Origin: Tubiluchus corallicola
Lineage: Eukaryota; Animalia; Priapulida
DNA length: 64,000 nucleotides
NCBI GenBank assembly: GCA_030141605.1
Contig: JAQGDQ010000323.1
Location: 1-64,000 of the forward strand
Direction: 5' to 3'
A model generated the notes under the pieces. The model was given only the letters and a program-made list of their open reading frames with translations. It searched no databases and had not been told where the DNA came from. This document shows, piece after piece, positions 42,925 through 51,250 of this stretch. The position numbers and the translations under genes are program-made. The number at the start of each line of letters is the position of its first letter. Within the stretch, counting starts at the first letter, position 1.

Positions 42925-45900
42925 ATTCGAGGCTACAGTCCGGACGAGGGCACCATTTGCGGCGATCTATATATCAAACGAAAGGTCTCGATCTAGTGTC
43001 GTGCCATTGATGGTTTATTTTTCGAATTGGGCCCACCGCGAGGAAGGGGGGGGGGCGAAAAACCTCCAAAAATGGCCATTTTTCGGCCGTTTTTTGCAAA
43101 AGTTATACGGCTGAGATGTAGAGAACGGGAACGGGCCGAGGGGGGTACTGGGTATGGATAGATAACCCGTTCAGCGGTGGGTGTAGTAGGCATATTTAGA
43201 ATTCCCGAGAGGGCCAGGGCGCCCCGCAACGGGCGTTTTCCCGGACCCAACTCGCGATTTTTTCGAAATTTTGACCAAACAGCCTGCGGGAAAAACGTTC
43301 TAGCGGCGCCCGGTGGGACTCTCGGAAGGAGATATATAGCTCTTTACAAAGAGGAAGGACAGGGCTACACGATGATGTGGGTTATATTTTAGGGCAGGTC
43401 CACCGAGAGGAGTATCAACGAGTTAGTTAGGAGTTCTATTTTCGGCAATTTTCACTTAGAAAATTGCTGACGCAAAGGCATTGTTGTGACGTCATCCATT
43501 GTATTCTGTCTATAATCTTATAGCTTTAATTCAGCAAAAAGCTGCTACAGGCAAAGTAAACAAACAGTAGACACGATGTTACGGGCTTTGTGTTATAAAT
43601 GTGGACTAGGTAGGATGTTCGCGTATTATTGATTACACGTGTATTTATACGCAATCTTTTGCGGGGCCTTTGCTATTTATTATATTATAGCACATAGTTT
43701 CAACTTTGTGAAAAATGTTTGGAATGGTTTTGTTGTAATGCTGTGCTGTTGGTGCTTGTGCTATAGGTGTTGTCATCGTTGCCACCATCATCATCATCAT
43801 CATCAACATCATGATCACCACGTGAGGTGGTGGATTTGATGTGGTGTGGTGGTGGTGTGCTTTGTGTGTTGTGCTATGGATGGTGTGGTGGGGTGATAGG
43901 GTGTGTGGGGTGTGGTGTGGGTAGTGTGGTATGGAGTGGGTGGCGTGGTGTGTGGGTGGGTGGGTGTTGTGGTGCGGTGTGGTGTTATGGTGTGGTGCAG
44001 TGCGGTGTGATGTGGTGGAGTATTATGGTGTGGGTGGTGTGGTGTGTGGGTGGTGCGGTGTGGTGTGGTGCAGTGGTATGGTGTGGTGCAGTGTGGTGTG
44101 ATGTGGTGGAGTCGTATGGTGTGGTTGGTGTGGTGTGGTATGTGGGTCGTGCGGTGTGCTGCAGTGGTATGTTGTGGTGCGGTGTGGTGTGATGTGGTGG
44201 AGTGGTATGGTGTGGGTGGTGTGGTGTGTGGGTGGGTGTTGTGGTGCGGTGTGGTGTTATGGTGTGGTGCAGTGCGGTGTGATGTGGTATGGTGTGGTGC
44301 AGTGTGGTGTGATGTGGTGGAGTCGTATGGTGTGGTTGGTGTGGTGTGCCGCAGCAGTATGGTGTGGTGCGGTGTGGTGTGTAGGTGGGTGGGTGGTGTG
44401 GTGCAGTGTGGTGTTATGGTGTGGTGCTGTGCGGTGTGGTGTGTGGGTGGTGCAGTGGTATGGTGTGGTGCAGTGTGGTGTGATGTGGTGGAGTGGTATG
44501 GTGTGGGTGGTGTGGTGTGTAGGTGGTATGGTGTGGTGTGGGTGGTGTGGTGTGTAGGTGGGTGGGTGGTGTGGTGCAGTGTGGTGTTATGGTGTGGTGC
44601 TGTGCGGTGTGATGTGGTGGAGTGGTATGGTGTGGTGCAGTGTGGTGTGATGAGGTGGAGTGGTGTGGTGTGGGTTTTGTGTTGATTTGTGCACAAAATT
44701 CTTTTTGTGGGGTTTGGCTAGTGATTAAATTATTCACGATCATTGGGCAGGGACAAGTCACAACAGTCGCTTCTTACGCAAGAGTTCCCTGGTTCAAATC
44801 CTGGCTCTGTCAAGATTTTCACATGTCCATTCTTCTCAGTAATTGAAAAATTGGAGTTTTATTCCTTCGTATTTTTTAACTTGATTGTTTTTACATTTGA
44901 AGTTTTTGAAAAGTACAAGCTGCTAGAATTGTGGATTTTTCCTAGAATATAGTTAACGAAAACACAATTGAATTAGCAACATTCTTAAGTGAAAAAATCA
45001 ACAAAAAATTATCAAATTTTTGAAATGAAAGTCGATTGTAAAAAAAAAGAGGGTATGAAAAATCCGAAAAAAATCAAACCCGAACCTGGATTTGAACCAA
45101 CAGCTCACGGATAACAGGTTGAAAGTCTTGACTATAGACCTTCACGTTATTACCTATAATTCTTTCCGTAACCTCGGCATTGTTTAAATCAAAGACGTTT
45201 TCTTGATGGCCGCCATCATTGAAATACTTTGTTTCTATCTCCACGGAGAATTTTTCCACAAAAGGGCAGGTGAAGCGCGTCTTTGTGTACGGATAAGCAT
45301 TGAACGCCTCCTCCTCAACCCGGAGGGCCGATTTTGGCAGAATGGCACGAAACCAACCTAAACAAAGACGAGAAGAACAATATTTAGGGATAATATTCAA
45401 AAGCAGCGAAAACAAAAACATATTTGTTAAATTTTACTCGACTTATTCGAGTGATAATATAGATAAAAAAATTTCTACCCTTTTCAGATTTTGAGTTACA
45501 TGTATATAGTTTAAAAATATATGGTTTAAACAATGAAGACTGAACACACATTTTAAACATTTAAGCACATTTAAAGCGAAGCTAACTCCTTTTGGTAGAG
45601 AAAAAATAGTAGTAGATGGCGACACCAGTGCGACGAACAACGTTAATATGGTATACTAAGAAACATCATAACATCATTATGAGACTTTTGCATAAGTAAA
45701 TATAGATATGAACATAGTTATAAAAATACAGAGCTAGTCAAAAGTATGATACCCTTGTATGAAACTACAGTAAAATACCAGGTAAGATTTTAATAAGATT
45801 GAATGGATTCTGATCCGAATCCGTGAGGGTAATGACATGACCTCATTTACATCTGACTACACCTGGACGAGTGTGGTTAACTCAAAACAATATCTCAAAA

Positions 45901-48900
45901 ACCTGATATGCATAGTCTGGGCCGGATGCCTAACGTTTAGTTCTCTCGGGCAGCTTGCAACTAAATACAGCCTGTTGCAGTTCGCACTATCAACTGTAAA
46001 TTTGCAATATTCACTATATCACTGCATATAACTTATTGGCACTTATGTAACAACGTTTTGAATTTATTTGTGATAATTTTCTTGTCTTGCCATACTAAAA
46101 TCCACACAAATTTTAATATATTATATTATAATGACAATGGATTGCTTACTTACTTAAATATTTAAAGAAACAAATTTGAAGTTAACTCATAACCTAGGAG
46201 GAGGCGAATAACAATAAAAAACTGACCAACGTCCGGTGTTCTTGACACTTTGGCCAGATCCCTGCCCCAGATATCTACCTGTAACTTTCCTGACTCTAGC
46301 CCTCTGCCCTTGCGAGTTAACATGAATTTAAAAGTGGATGCCTAAGATAATAAAAAATCAATATTGGGGGCTTCTCTTAGATCGGATATAAAGCTCGTTA
46401 GACATCATTTGATAAGCAGATTCTCTGGTTGCATAACGCTGGCTTTTGTATTTTTATTTTTTATATTTAAGGATGTTAATGTATTTTTCATAGTTGTATC
46501 CCTTCTGTCATGAGTGTCATTTTGTTTACTTGTCTTTCTGAGAAGGGCGTTTGACTCGCTGACCTTTGGTTTTTCGCCAGCCATTATCTGTTGTCTATTT
46601 GTATTTTTGTGTATTTTACTGTTAAATGTAAATTGACGGAGAAAAATAAATTGCTAATCTAATCTAATATAAATCTCTGTGTTTTATTTTAATCAAGCAA
46701 TAGCGTAAAACAAAGAGCTAGATTCCTGTACAACCACAGCCATCTACATTACCTAAGCCCATCCGTTGAGTATTGCATAATGCTGGCACGCAGAATACTG
46801 AATAGTATAAAAAAGGGTTGCCCATTACATCTGCATTGCAAATTTGAGAATCGATTCCTGATGTGGGGGCGAATCAATCGACAAACTGCGAAATGACTGT
46901 AATTTCCCACTGCAAATACGACTGTGATTTTAAACAAACATAACCCAGCAAGTGAGAGAGCTTTTATAAATGCCGGGAAACATGAAATATGACTGGTGTG
47001 CAGCATTTACCAGTCGTAAAAGCCAGCAGAGTCAAACTTACCAAGGTTAAAAGTGTCAACTAGAAAATTACAAAACCACCTACAGCTTAGCAACAGGAGA
47101 AAATGAAAAGAGAATGAGAAAGTAAATCTCTGTAGATTCGGGTTAGTAAAGCTTTGCAGTAAATAAACTCCATTGAGTTAAATTCCTGTGACATTAATAA
47201 TTACCTGCCAGATTGCCCGCTTACCTACCCCCCTGTCTGCCTACCTAACTCTGCTTATGTGCTTAACTACCTACTTATCCGACTGCTTACGTACTTACCT
47301 ACCCCCCTGTCTGCCTACCTAACTCTGCTTATGTGCTTAACTACCTACTTACCCGACTGCTTACGTACTTACCTACCCCCCTGTCTGCCTACCTAACTCT
47401 GCTTATGTGCTTAACTACCTACTTACCTGACTGCTTACGTACTTACCTACACCCCCTGTCTGCCTACCTAACTCTGCTTATGTGCTTAACTACCTACTTA
47501 TCTGACTGCTTACGTACTTACCTACCCCCCCTGTCTGCCTACCTAACTCTGCTTATGTGCTTAACTACCTACTTACCTGACTACTTACGTACTTACCTAT
47601 ATACTTGCCTACCTGCATACCTACCTACTTATCTACATACCTGGCTTACCTACCTACCTGCTTACTTAGCTACCTAGCTACTTACCTAATTGCTTACGTA
47701 CCTATAACTACTTTGTCTACCTACAGATCTACCAATCTACCTGGTTACCTACCTAGTACCGAACTATCTACTCGTTTATCTGTCTACCAACCGACGTACT
47801 TATCCTCGAATCGGCTACCTGTGAGCCTACCAAGTTACGTACTTTTACATATTACCTACTCACCTGTAACGTAATATACACCTGGCTGCACCTCGGTACT
47901 TACCTGACTACCTATAAACTTATATTCATTGTTTTTTCGACCATTTCTTATCTTTTATTCATTCATTCCATCTATCCTTCAGTTATTTTTTCATATAATG
48001 CTGGTCCTTGACTTATACAATAAAAACCAGTAAACGGTTGCTAAATTCAATCAAATTTTACTCGACTAATGCAACGTGAATTTGTGGCTAACTGATTTGT
48101 ACATTAAAGAATTGAATTTAGGTTGATTTTCATAATTGATTACGTCGTTCATAAAACCTCTTTTACCATGCAATAATGCATGTTACCATCCAGTAAAATG
48201 CAATTAAAATATACAATAAGCTATCATAATCATTAATAAAGTTGCAAAACCATGATTAATTAAATTTTGATACCAAACTTGAAAGACAGTAAATATGAAA
48301 AAGTTGATATGCCGTCTGGATTTGAACCAGGGACTTTCTGCTTATAAGACAGTCTCAGGCAGACACCTTAGACCACTTGGCACCAAGTGCATGGTCCCCA
48401 GTTCAAACCCAGCCTGCATCCCAGCGTCAAGATTGGTGCAAAATTTAATTAATTGTGGATTATAACATCATTAATAATATGAGATTATCAAATTAATCAC
48501 AATCATTAGTCAAGTAAAATAAACACTGGCTTCTTTAAGACTTCAATGTTAAACTCGATGCTAAGAAAAGTTAATTATCACAAGACAAAAATTAATGAGG
48601 ATAATTGCTGAGAAAGATTACTCATATTCACTGAGACTGTGTGAACAATTCTCTAAGATGCAGTAGACTCTTCCAGTTTAGTCGTCAAGGTTACGCAGTG
48701 TTTTTCTCAATGTGACTTGTACTGTCCTTGAACAAAACTCGGGCTTCAACAGGTCTGGCTTCTATTATTATTGATTAGTGTGCAAACAGCCATTAAAGGT
48801 CACACTGCACAGAGTTGGGGGAAGCTGCCATACTAATTAAAAGCAGCAGCAGAGGAAGTGACAGACATGTCTCCAAGGCGTGCTGTACCTGTGAAGTTGG

Positions 48901-51250
48901 ACAGTGACGATTATAAAATACCAGGTGTCTAAAAAAGACAAACCTGCACGAAAATAAATAAAAATACTGCAACCTTGAACTATAGACAAAATGACAGACA
49001 TATATCCATGGCGTGCTGTAATGGTAAAGCTGGACTGTGAATGATTAATACAAGCTACCATTCAGATGTGTCCCAACAATTCAGATGTACTTGAATACAA
49101 ATTAAAAGTAGTGCAACCTTAAACCATAAACGTGTTCAAACTCATCCAGTGGTGCAAGGAGATTGTGAAAAAGACAAAATCAATATAAATACATTTTCCC
49201 TCCATGAGACACACGGTTGCGGCAGTATGGCAATGGAAACTGCCTAGAAACAGGTTTCCTAACAATCGTTCATCCATCTACTAACCTTACATGGTGTTGT
49301 CCAACTTTCTAGACATGCACCCACCTCTTGACGAACTACTGACATGAGACTTTCGATAAGGCAGACTCCTAATGTCCCACACAGTAGAAATGAGCCCCGG
49401 CTTTGCTTTTGCCTCGCTGTTGCTTTAGCATTCGAAACTTAATAACTTTGAATTAATAAATTCAAAACAATAAACCAAATACTGTACTGGGCGAGTGTTT
49501 TCCGTTGATAACAGAAAGAAGCAGAGCTATTTAGGCAGTGATGCAGGAGGAAAAATTGCCCATTTGACATCATGCAAAGCTGCACAGTGTAAAACATGAT
49601 TTATGGCTTCTGTATGTTGCACACACTGCTATGTGAGTAACAACATTCCTTTGTTAAATAATTAGCTGACTGACTGACTGAGTGAATAACGACTCAAAAT
49701 ACTGAAAGGCCAGCTCACCGAAAGAATGACTTGGCAACTAACGAACCTTATAATTTTTGTCGGGTTCAATCTGGTTGCGTGTTCACCTAACCATCTGTTT
49801 TTTGCGGCAGATCTCGAAAAAGAGTGATCATGACAACGGTGGGACAAGAGCTGTCTAGGGTTTTAATTAACGAGGTCAAAGGTCAGATTAAGGGTAACAA
49901 GGTCTTTGCACACCTCACAAAACCTAAACATTAAGGTCATGGAATGGTATAGCAATATGAGCATTTCTGAAGTTTACTTAAGTTGACCAATACTGTATGA
50001 CCATACGATTATGAGAGTGGTAAGATTGGAAAGAGCTTCTTTGTTGTACCTTCTTTATTGGTTAACTCTACCTCTACCCCTATTGTTTAACTCGACCTCT
50101 ACCGCTATTGTTTAACTCGACCTCTACCGCTATTGTTTAACTCTACCTCTACCGCTATTGTTTAACTCTACCTCTACCACTATTGTTTAACTCTACCTCT
50201 ACCACTATTGTTTAACTCTACCTCTACCACTATTGTTTAACTCTACCTCTACCGCTATTGTTTAACTCTACCTCTACCACTATTGTTTAACTCTACCTCT
50301 ACCACTATTGTTTAACTCTACCTCTACCTCTATTGTTTAACTCTACCTCTACCGCTATTGTTTAACTCTACCTCTACCGCTATTGTTTAACTCTACCTCT
50401 ACCGCTATTGTTTAACTCTACCTCTACCACTATTGTTTAACTCTACCTCTACCGCTATTGTTTAACTCTACCTCTACCACTATTGTTTAACTCTACCTCT
50501 ACCACTATTGTTTAACTCTACCTCTACCTCTATTGTTTAACTCTACCTCTACCGCTATTGTTTAACTCTACCTCTACCGCTATTGTTTAACTTTACCTCT
50601 ACCTCTATTGTTTAACTCTACCTCTACCGCTTTGTTTAACTCTACCTCTACTGCTATTGTTTAACTCTACCTCTACCATTATTGTTTAACTCTACCTCTA
50701 CCTCTATTGTTTAACTCTACCTCTACCGCTATTGTTTAACTCTACCTCTACTGCTATTGTTTAACTCTACCTCTACCTCTATTGTTTAACTCTACCTCTA
50801 CCGCTATTGTTTAACTCGACCTCTACCACTATTGTTTAACTCTACCTCTACCTCTATTGTTTAACTCTACCTCTACCGCTATTGTTTAACTCTACCTCTA
50901 CTGCTATTGTTTAACTCTACCTCTATCGCTATTGTTTAACTCTACCTCTACCCCTATTGGTTAACTTTACCTCTGTCTCTACCTCTACATATCTACTAGA
51001 AGAAGTATTTACTTTTACCCACCTACTTATTTACCTACTTACTAGAAGAAGCCTTTATTTTTACCTACCTACTTACTTCCGTACTAGAAGACTTGTCTAT
51101 TTATACAAAATACCCACCAGGCAAATGGTTTCCAATGTGATAAATTTTCTGCGTGTACTGCCCGTGCACGCCATGTTCATTGACATCCGGTCTGTTGACG
51201 ATGATTTCCACGCCACTTCCTTCACCCTTTGTCTCCTCTCTGCTCTTTTT
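12675..51250 (-). CDS. rdgB: Membrane-associated phosphatidylinositol transfer protein (class IIA PITP; RdgB-alpha/PITPNM/Nir-like); 22 coding exons in window, 5'-partial
   Basis: Exons join in one frame (3591 nt) with AG acceptors and GT donors (one GC). Motifs: PITP domain ([49 protein letters not shown]), FFAT (EFYDAQE), DDHD ([39 protein letters not shown]), LNS2 ([23 protein letters not shown]). Confidence 0.97.
12935..13713. mobile_element. Tc1/pogo-like MITE with internal (CT)n
   Basis: Degenerate TIRs CAGTTAAATTCTGCTAATACAAT / ATCGTATTACCGGAATTCGACTG, TA flanks. Confidence 0.75.
13876..14043 (-). CDS. rdgB: rdgB exon: [40 protein letters not shown]...RTVSYQ
   Basis: CTTTCAG acceptor, CAG|GTACAA donor; L.DGYAAHL and KG.FGLPG motifs. 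Confidence 0.93.
14443..14571 (-). CDS. rdgB: rdgB exon, LNS2: [43 protein letters not shown]
   Basis: CTTACAG acceptor, ACG|GTAAGC donor; AAYGS.KD motif. Confidence 0.95.
14924..15130. mobile_element. Short MITE
   Basis: TIRs GGGCCATCCACATA / TATGTGGGTGGCCC. Confidence 0.7.
15133..15278. mobile_element. Short foldback/MITE between the 14924 MITE and the 37-bp array
   Basis: Inverted arms CTCTAAAAGCAT...AATATTAAAATTGGGTTAAG / CTTAATCCAATTTTAATATT...ATGCCTTTAGAG. Confidence 0.6.
15281..17059. repeat. 37-bp minisatellite, about 48 near-identical copies
   Basis: Unit AAGCTGGGGTAACATACTTTATACTTTTAAATGGTTT, head to tail, no spacers. Confidence 0.97.
17178..17390 (-). CDS. rdgB: rdgB exon, LNS2: [71 protein letters not shown]
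   Basis: TTCCAG acceptor, GAG|GTTTGC donor. Confidence 0.96.
17769..18439. mobile_element. Tc1/pogo (Tigger-like) MITE
   Basis: TIRs CAGTAAGTCCTCGC / GCGAGGACTTACTG with TA on both sides. Confidence 0.9.
18961..19081 (-). CDS. rdgB: rdgB exon, LNS2 start: [40 protein letters not shown]
   Basis: TTCTAAAG acceptor, AAG|GTAGGG donor; VVFSIDGSF motif. Confidence 0.95.
19237..19619 (+). mobile_element. PIF/Harbinger-like MITE, family A, copy 1
   Basis: Consensus termini GCCTTTTCACAGT...ACTGTGAAAAGGC with TWA-like flanks; body shared with copies at 22500, 36536, 54050, 54530. Confidence 0.8.
20208..20356 (-). CDS. rdgB: rdgB exon: [50 protein letters not shown]
   Basis: CCAACAG acceptor, AG|GTAAAA donor. 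Confidence 0.94.
20445..20535 (-). mobile_element. Helitron-like 3' terminus
   Basis: Minus strand reads CCCTCCGAATGCCGGGTTTTGCTAGT (GC-rich hairpin then CTAG|T). Confidence 0.45.
21134..21250 (-). CDS. rdgB: rdgB exon: [39 protein letters not shown]
   Basis: CACGTAG acceptor, AAG|GTACGA donor; NHR.ND and [15 protein letters not shown] motifs. Confidence 0.95.
22338..22451 (-). CDS. rdgB: rdgB exon: VFGSDNSH...[20 protein letters not shown]
   Basis: TTACAG acceptor, AAA|GTAAGC donor; PREKW...RT.VK motif. Confidence 0.94.
22500..22809 (-). mobile_element. MITE family A, copy 2 (inverted, partial)
   Basis: Reverse-complement match to 19237-19560 (e.g. CAAGATCCTGCT, AGAACCTTACCTAG). Confidence 0.8.
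23051..23199 (-). CDS. rdgB: rdgB exon, DDHD end: [50 protein letters not shown]
   Basis: TTTTCTAG acceptor, CAG|GTGAGT donor; highly conserved motif. Confidence 0.96.
23556..24005. repeat. Tandem units of about 115-140 bp with internal (GAATA/GAATG)n, about 4 copies
   Basis: TTTAACACAATTTGAAACAGACTTTTTTGA...TTAGCAATGTTAGAAT...ACTTGGATACACAA repeated. Confidence 0.88.
24583..24735 (-). CDS. rdgB: rdgB exon, Ser-rich DDHD insert: [14 protein letters not shown]...[14 protein letters not shown]...TLSE
   Basis: TTCTTGCAG acceptor, A|GTGAGT donor, phase 1-1. Confidence 0.9.
25408..25578 (-). CDS. rdgB: rdgB exon, DDHD: [28 protein letters not shown]...[15 protein letters not shown]
   Basis: TATTTAG acceptor, G|GTGAGT donor. 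Confidence 0.95.
26572..26715 (+). mobile_element. tRNA-derived (SINE-like) repeat; related copies near 7620(-), 7833(-), 14190(-), 30580, 31980, 36375, 44770, 45080(-), 59538
   Basis: A box GGTGGCTGAGTGG and B box GGTTCAAATCC; no proper acceptor stem; shared AT-rich tail AAAATTTAATYAAT.GTGG..TGTAACATC. Confidence 0.75.
26799..26893 (-). CDS. rdgB: rdgB exon, DDHD start: [31 protein letters not shown]
   Basis: GTTTCAG acceptor, G|GTAAAC donor; DF.V..FF.FGSPL motif. Confidence 0.94.
27035..27477 (+). repeat. Dispersed repeat family B; copies at about 19700-19910, 21405-21670, 34585-35430(-), 55075-55507, 62675-63010
   Basis: Shared core TGARTCAGTGGTGCACACTGGGA...TTAAGAATTT...GTAATGCTAAG.AATATAACTTTGTATG. 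Confidence 0.8.
28231..28530 (+). mobile_element. Degenerate non-LTR retrotransposon reverse transcriptase fragment
   Basis: [15 protein letters not shown] (cf. FVDFKKAFDSV) and [16 protein letters not shown] (cf. GV.QG..LSP.LF). Confidence 0.85.
28725..28821 (-). CDS. rdgB: rdgB exon: [33 protein letters not shown]
   Basis: TTTGTTTATAG acceptor, AG|GTATGT donor; phase 1 to 2 links the flanking exons in frame. Confidence 0.82.
28895..29368. repeat. (GTAAG/GCAAG)n pentamer microsatellite
   Basis: Direct inspection. Confidence 0.95.
29516..30152. mobile_element. Non-autonomous hAT (Charlie-like) DNA transposon
   Basis: TIRs CAGTGGTTCCCAACC / GGTTGGGAACCACTG; perfect 8-bp TSD CGCTAGTA at 29508-29515 and 30153-30160. 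Confidence 0.93.
30802..30952 (-). CDS. rdgB: rdgB exon: [24 protein letters not shown]...FQEEEET (GC donor)
   Basis: TACAG acceptor; V.L.GD..G....YDALC motif; best frame-compatible donor is G|GCAAGT. Confidence 0.88.
34646..35125. mobile_element. Tc1/pogo (Tigger-like) MITE nested in an older repeat
   Basis: TIRs CAGTCACACCTCTGTTTTCGA / TCGAAAACGGAGGTATGACTG, TA TSD. Confidence 0.9.
35718..35922 (-). CDS. rdgB: rdgB exon: SLSPYSFD...[20 protein letters not shown]...[14 protein letters not shown]
   Basis: TTTTCTCTAG acceptor, CAA|GTAAGT donor; LSPYS and F.GQ motifs. Confidence 0.94.
36128..36272 (-). CDS. rdgB: rdgB exon: [48 protein letters not shown]
   Basis: GTTACAG acceptor, AG|GTAAGT donor; HYP...VPCP motif. 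Confidence 0.93.
36536..36918 (+). mobile_element. MITE family A, copy 3
   Basis: TAA-GCCCTTTCACA...GAAAAGGC-TTA; body closely similar to the 19237 copy. Confidence 0.82.
37479..37523 (-). CDS. Candidate 45-nt alternative cassette exon ([15 protein letters not shown])
   Basis: Polypyrimidine CTCTTTCTCTTGAAG acceptor, AAG|GTGCCG donor, phase 1-1, open frame, GC-rich island in an AT-rich intron; not needed to keep frame. Confidence 0.45.
37879..38037 (-). CDS. rdgB: rdgB exon: EPVTLSAS...[23 protein letters not shown]
   Basis: TTTTTTTAG acceptor, AAG|GTAATC donor; LHGG.ILD/E motif. Confidence 0.93.
38701..38808 (-). CDS. rdgB: rdgB exon: [36 protein letters not shown] (absent from ORF track)
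   Basis: CTCTTACAG acceptor, AAG|GTAGGC donor, phase 1-1; supplies the last E of the FFAT motif; RWNSNEL resembles the KWSSNDL-type motif of PITPNM proteins. Confidence 0.9.
38940..39540. repeat. 77-bp tandem repeat, about 7.5 copies
   Basis: Unit TTCAAAAGATGAATAAAATAATTATTCATTTACTGGTTCTGCACATGTGCACATACACAGCAGTTATTCGTATTTAT. Confidence 0.95.
40431..40865 (-). CDS. rdgB: rdgB exon: end of PITP domain, linker, acidic tract and FFAT ([20 protein letters not shown]...[15 protein letters not shown])
   Basis: TTTCAG acceptor, G|GTGTGT donor; matches ORF 40408..40863. Confidence 0.95.
41364..41690 (+). repeat. Dispersed repeat family D; copies at about 55792-56132 and 60122-60630
   Basis: Shared AGGCCAAGCCTTCTGAGAGG...GGCTTATTTC.ATGTTCG.G.A.AATGTTA...ATCATTTCACGCTTG. 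Confidence 0.8.
41933..42169 (-). CDS. rdgB: rdgB exon, PITP domain: DFIDIVKD...EEDPTLF...TGRGPL...[27 protein letters not shown]
   Basis: CGTAG acceptor, G|GTGCGT donor; conserved PITP motifs. Confidence 0.95.
42298..42601. mobile_element. Harbinger-like MITE; related inverted copy at about 34213-34393
   Basis: TIRs GGCACATTCACACTAGCAAGTTTTC / GAAAACTTGCTATTCTGAATGTGCC; internal TTCACACT/AACTCGC subrepeats. Confidence 0.75.
42879..43677 (+). mobile_element. GC-rich insertion, possibly a non-autonomous Helitron
   Basis: (TA)n at the 5' end, abrupt GC-rich body, 3' hairpin CGCAA-TCTT-TTGCG about 10 nt before CTAT-T. Confidence 0.4.
43820..44672. repeat. (GGTGT)-rich low-complexity satellite
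   Basis: Direct inspection; source of spurious H/T/P-rich and V/W/C-rich ORFs. Confidence 0.92.
45154..45357 (-). CDS. rdgB: rdgB exon, PITP domain: [55 protein letters not shown]...ERII
   Basis: TTTGTTTAG acceptor, G|GTAATA donor; PITP NAYPY motif. Confidence 0.95.
47205..47910. repeat. 74-75-bp tandem repeat (about 5 copies) decaying into (CTAC/CTTAC)n
   Basis: CTGTCTGCC recurs at 47233, 47307, 47381, 47456, 47531. Confidence 0.9.
48232..48475. mobile_element. Foldback element made of two inverted tRNA-derived arms
   Basis: About 50-bp inverted termini plus inverted B-box segments GGATTTGAACCAGGGAC / GTCCCCAGTTCAAACCC. Confidence 0.7.
50056..50974. repeat. 25-bp minisatellite, about 36 copies
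   Basis: Unit TATTGTTTAACTCTACCTCTAC(CGC/CAC/CTC). Confidence 0.96.
51118..51250 (-). CDS. rdgB: rdgB exon, PITP domain: [45 protein letters not shown]
   Basis: TTTTTTCAG acceptor, G|GTGGGT donor; PITP motifs SGVEI and GQYT.KIYH. Confidence 0.95.

Noticed and set aside
43815-44761. Long ORFs (293 aa His/Thr/Pro-rich; Val/Trp/Cys-rich)
   Set aside because: Translations of a stop-poor (GGTGT)n satellite.
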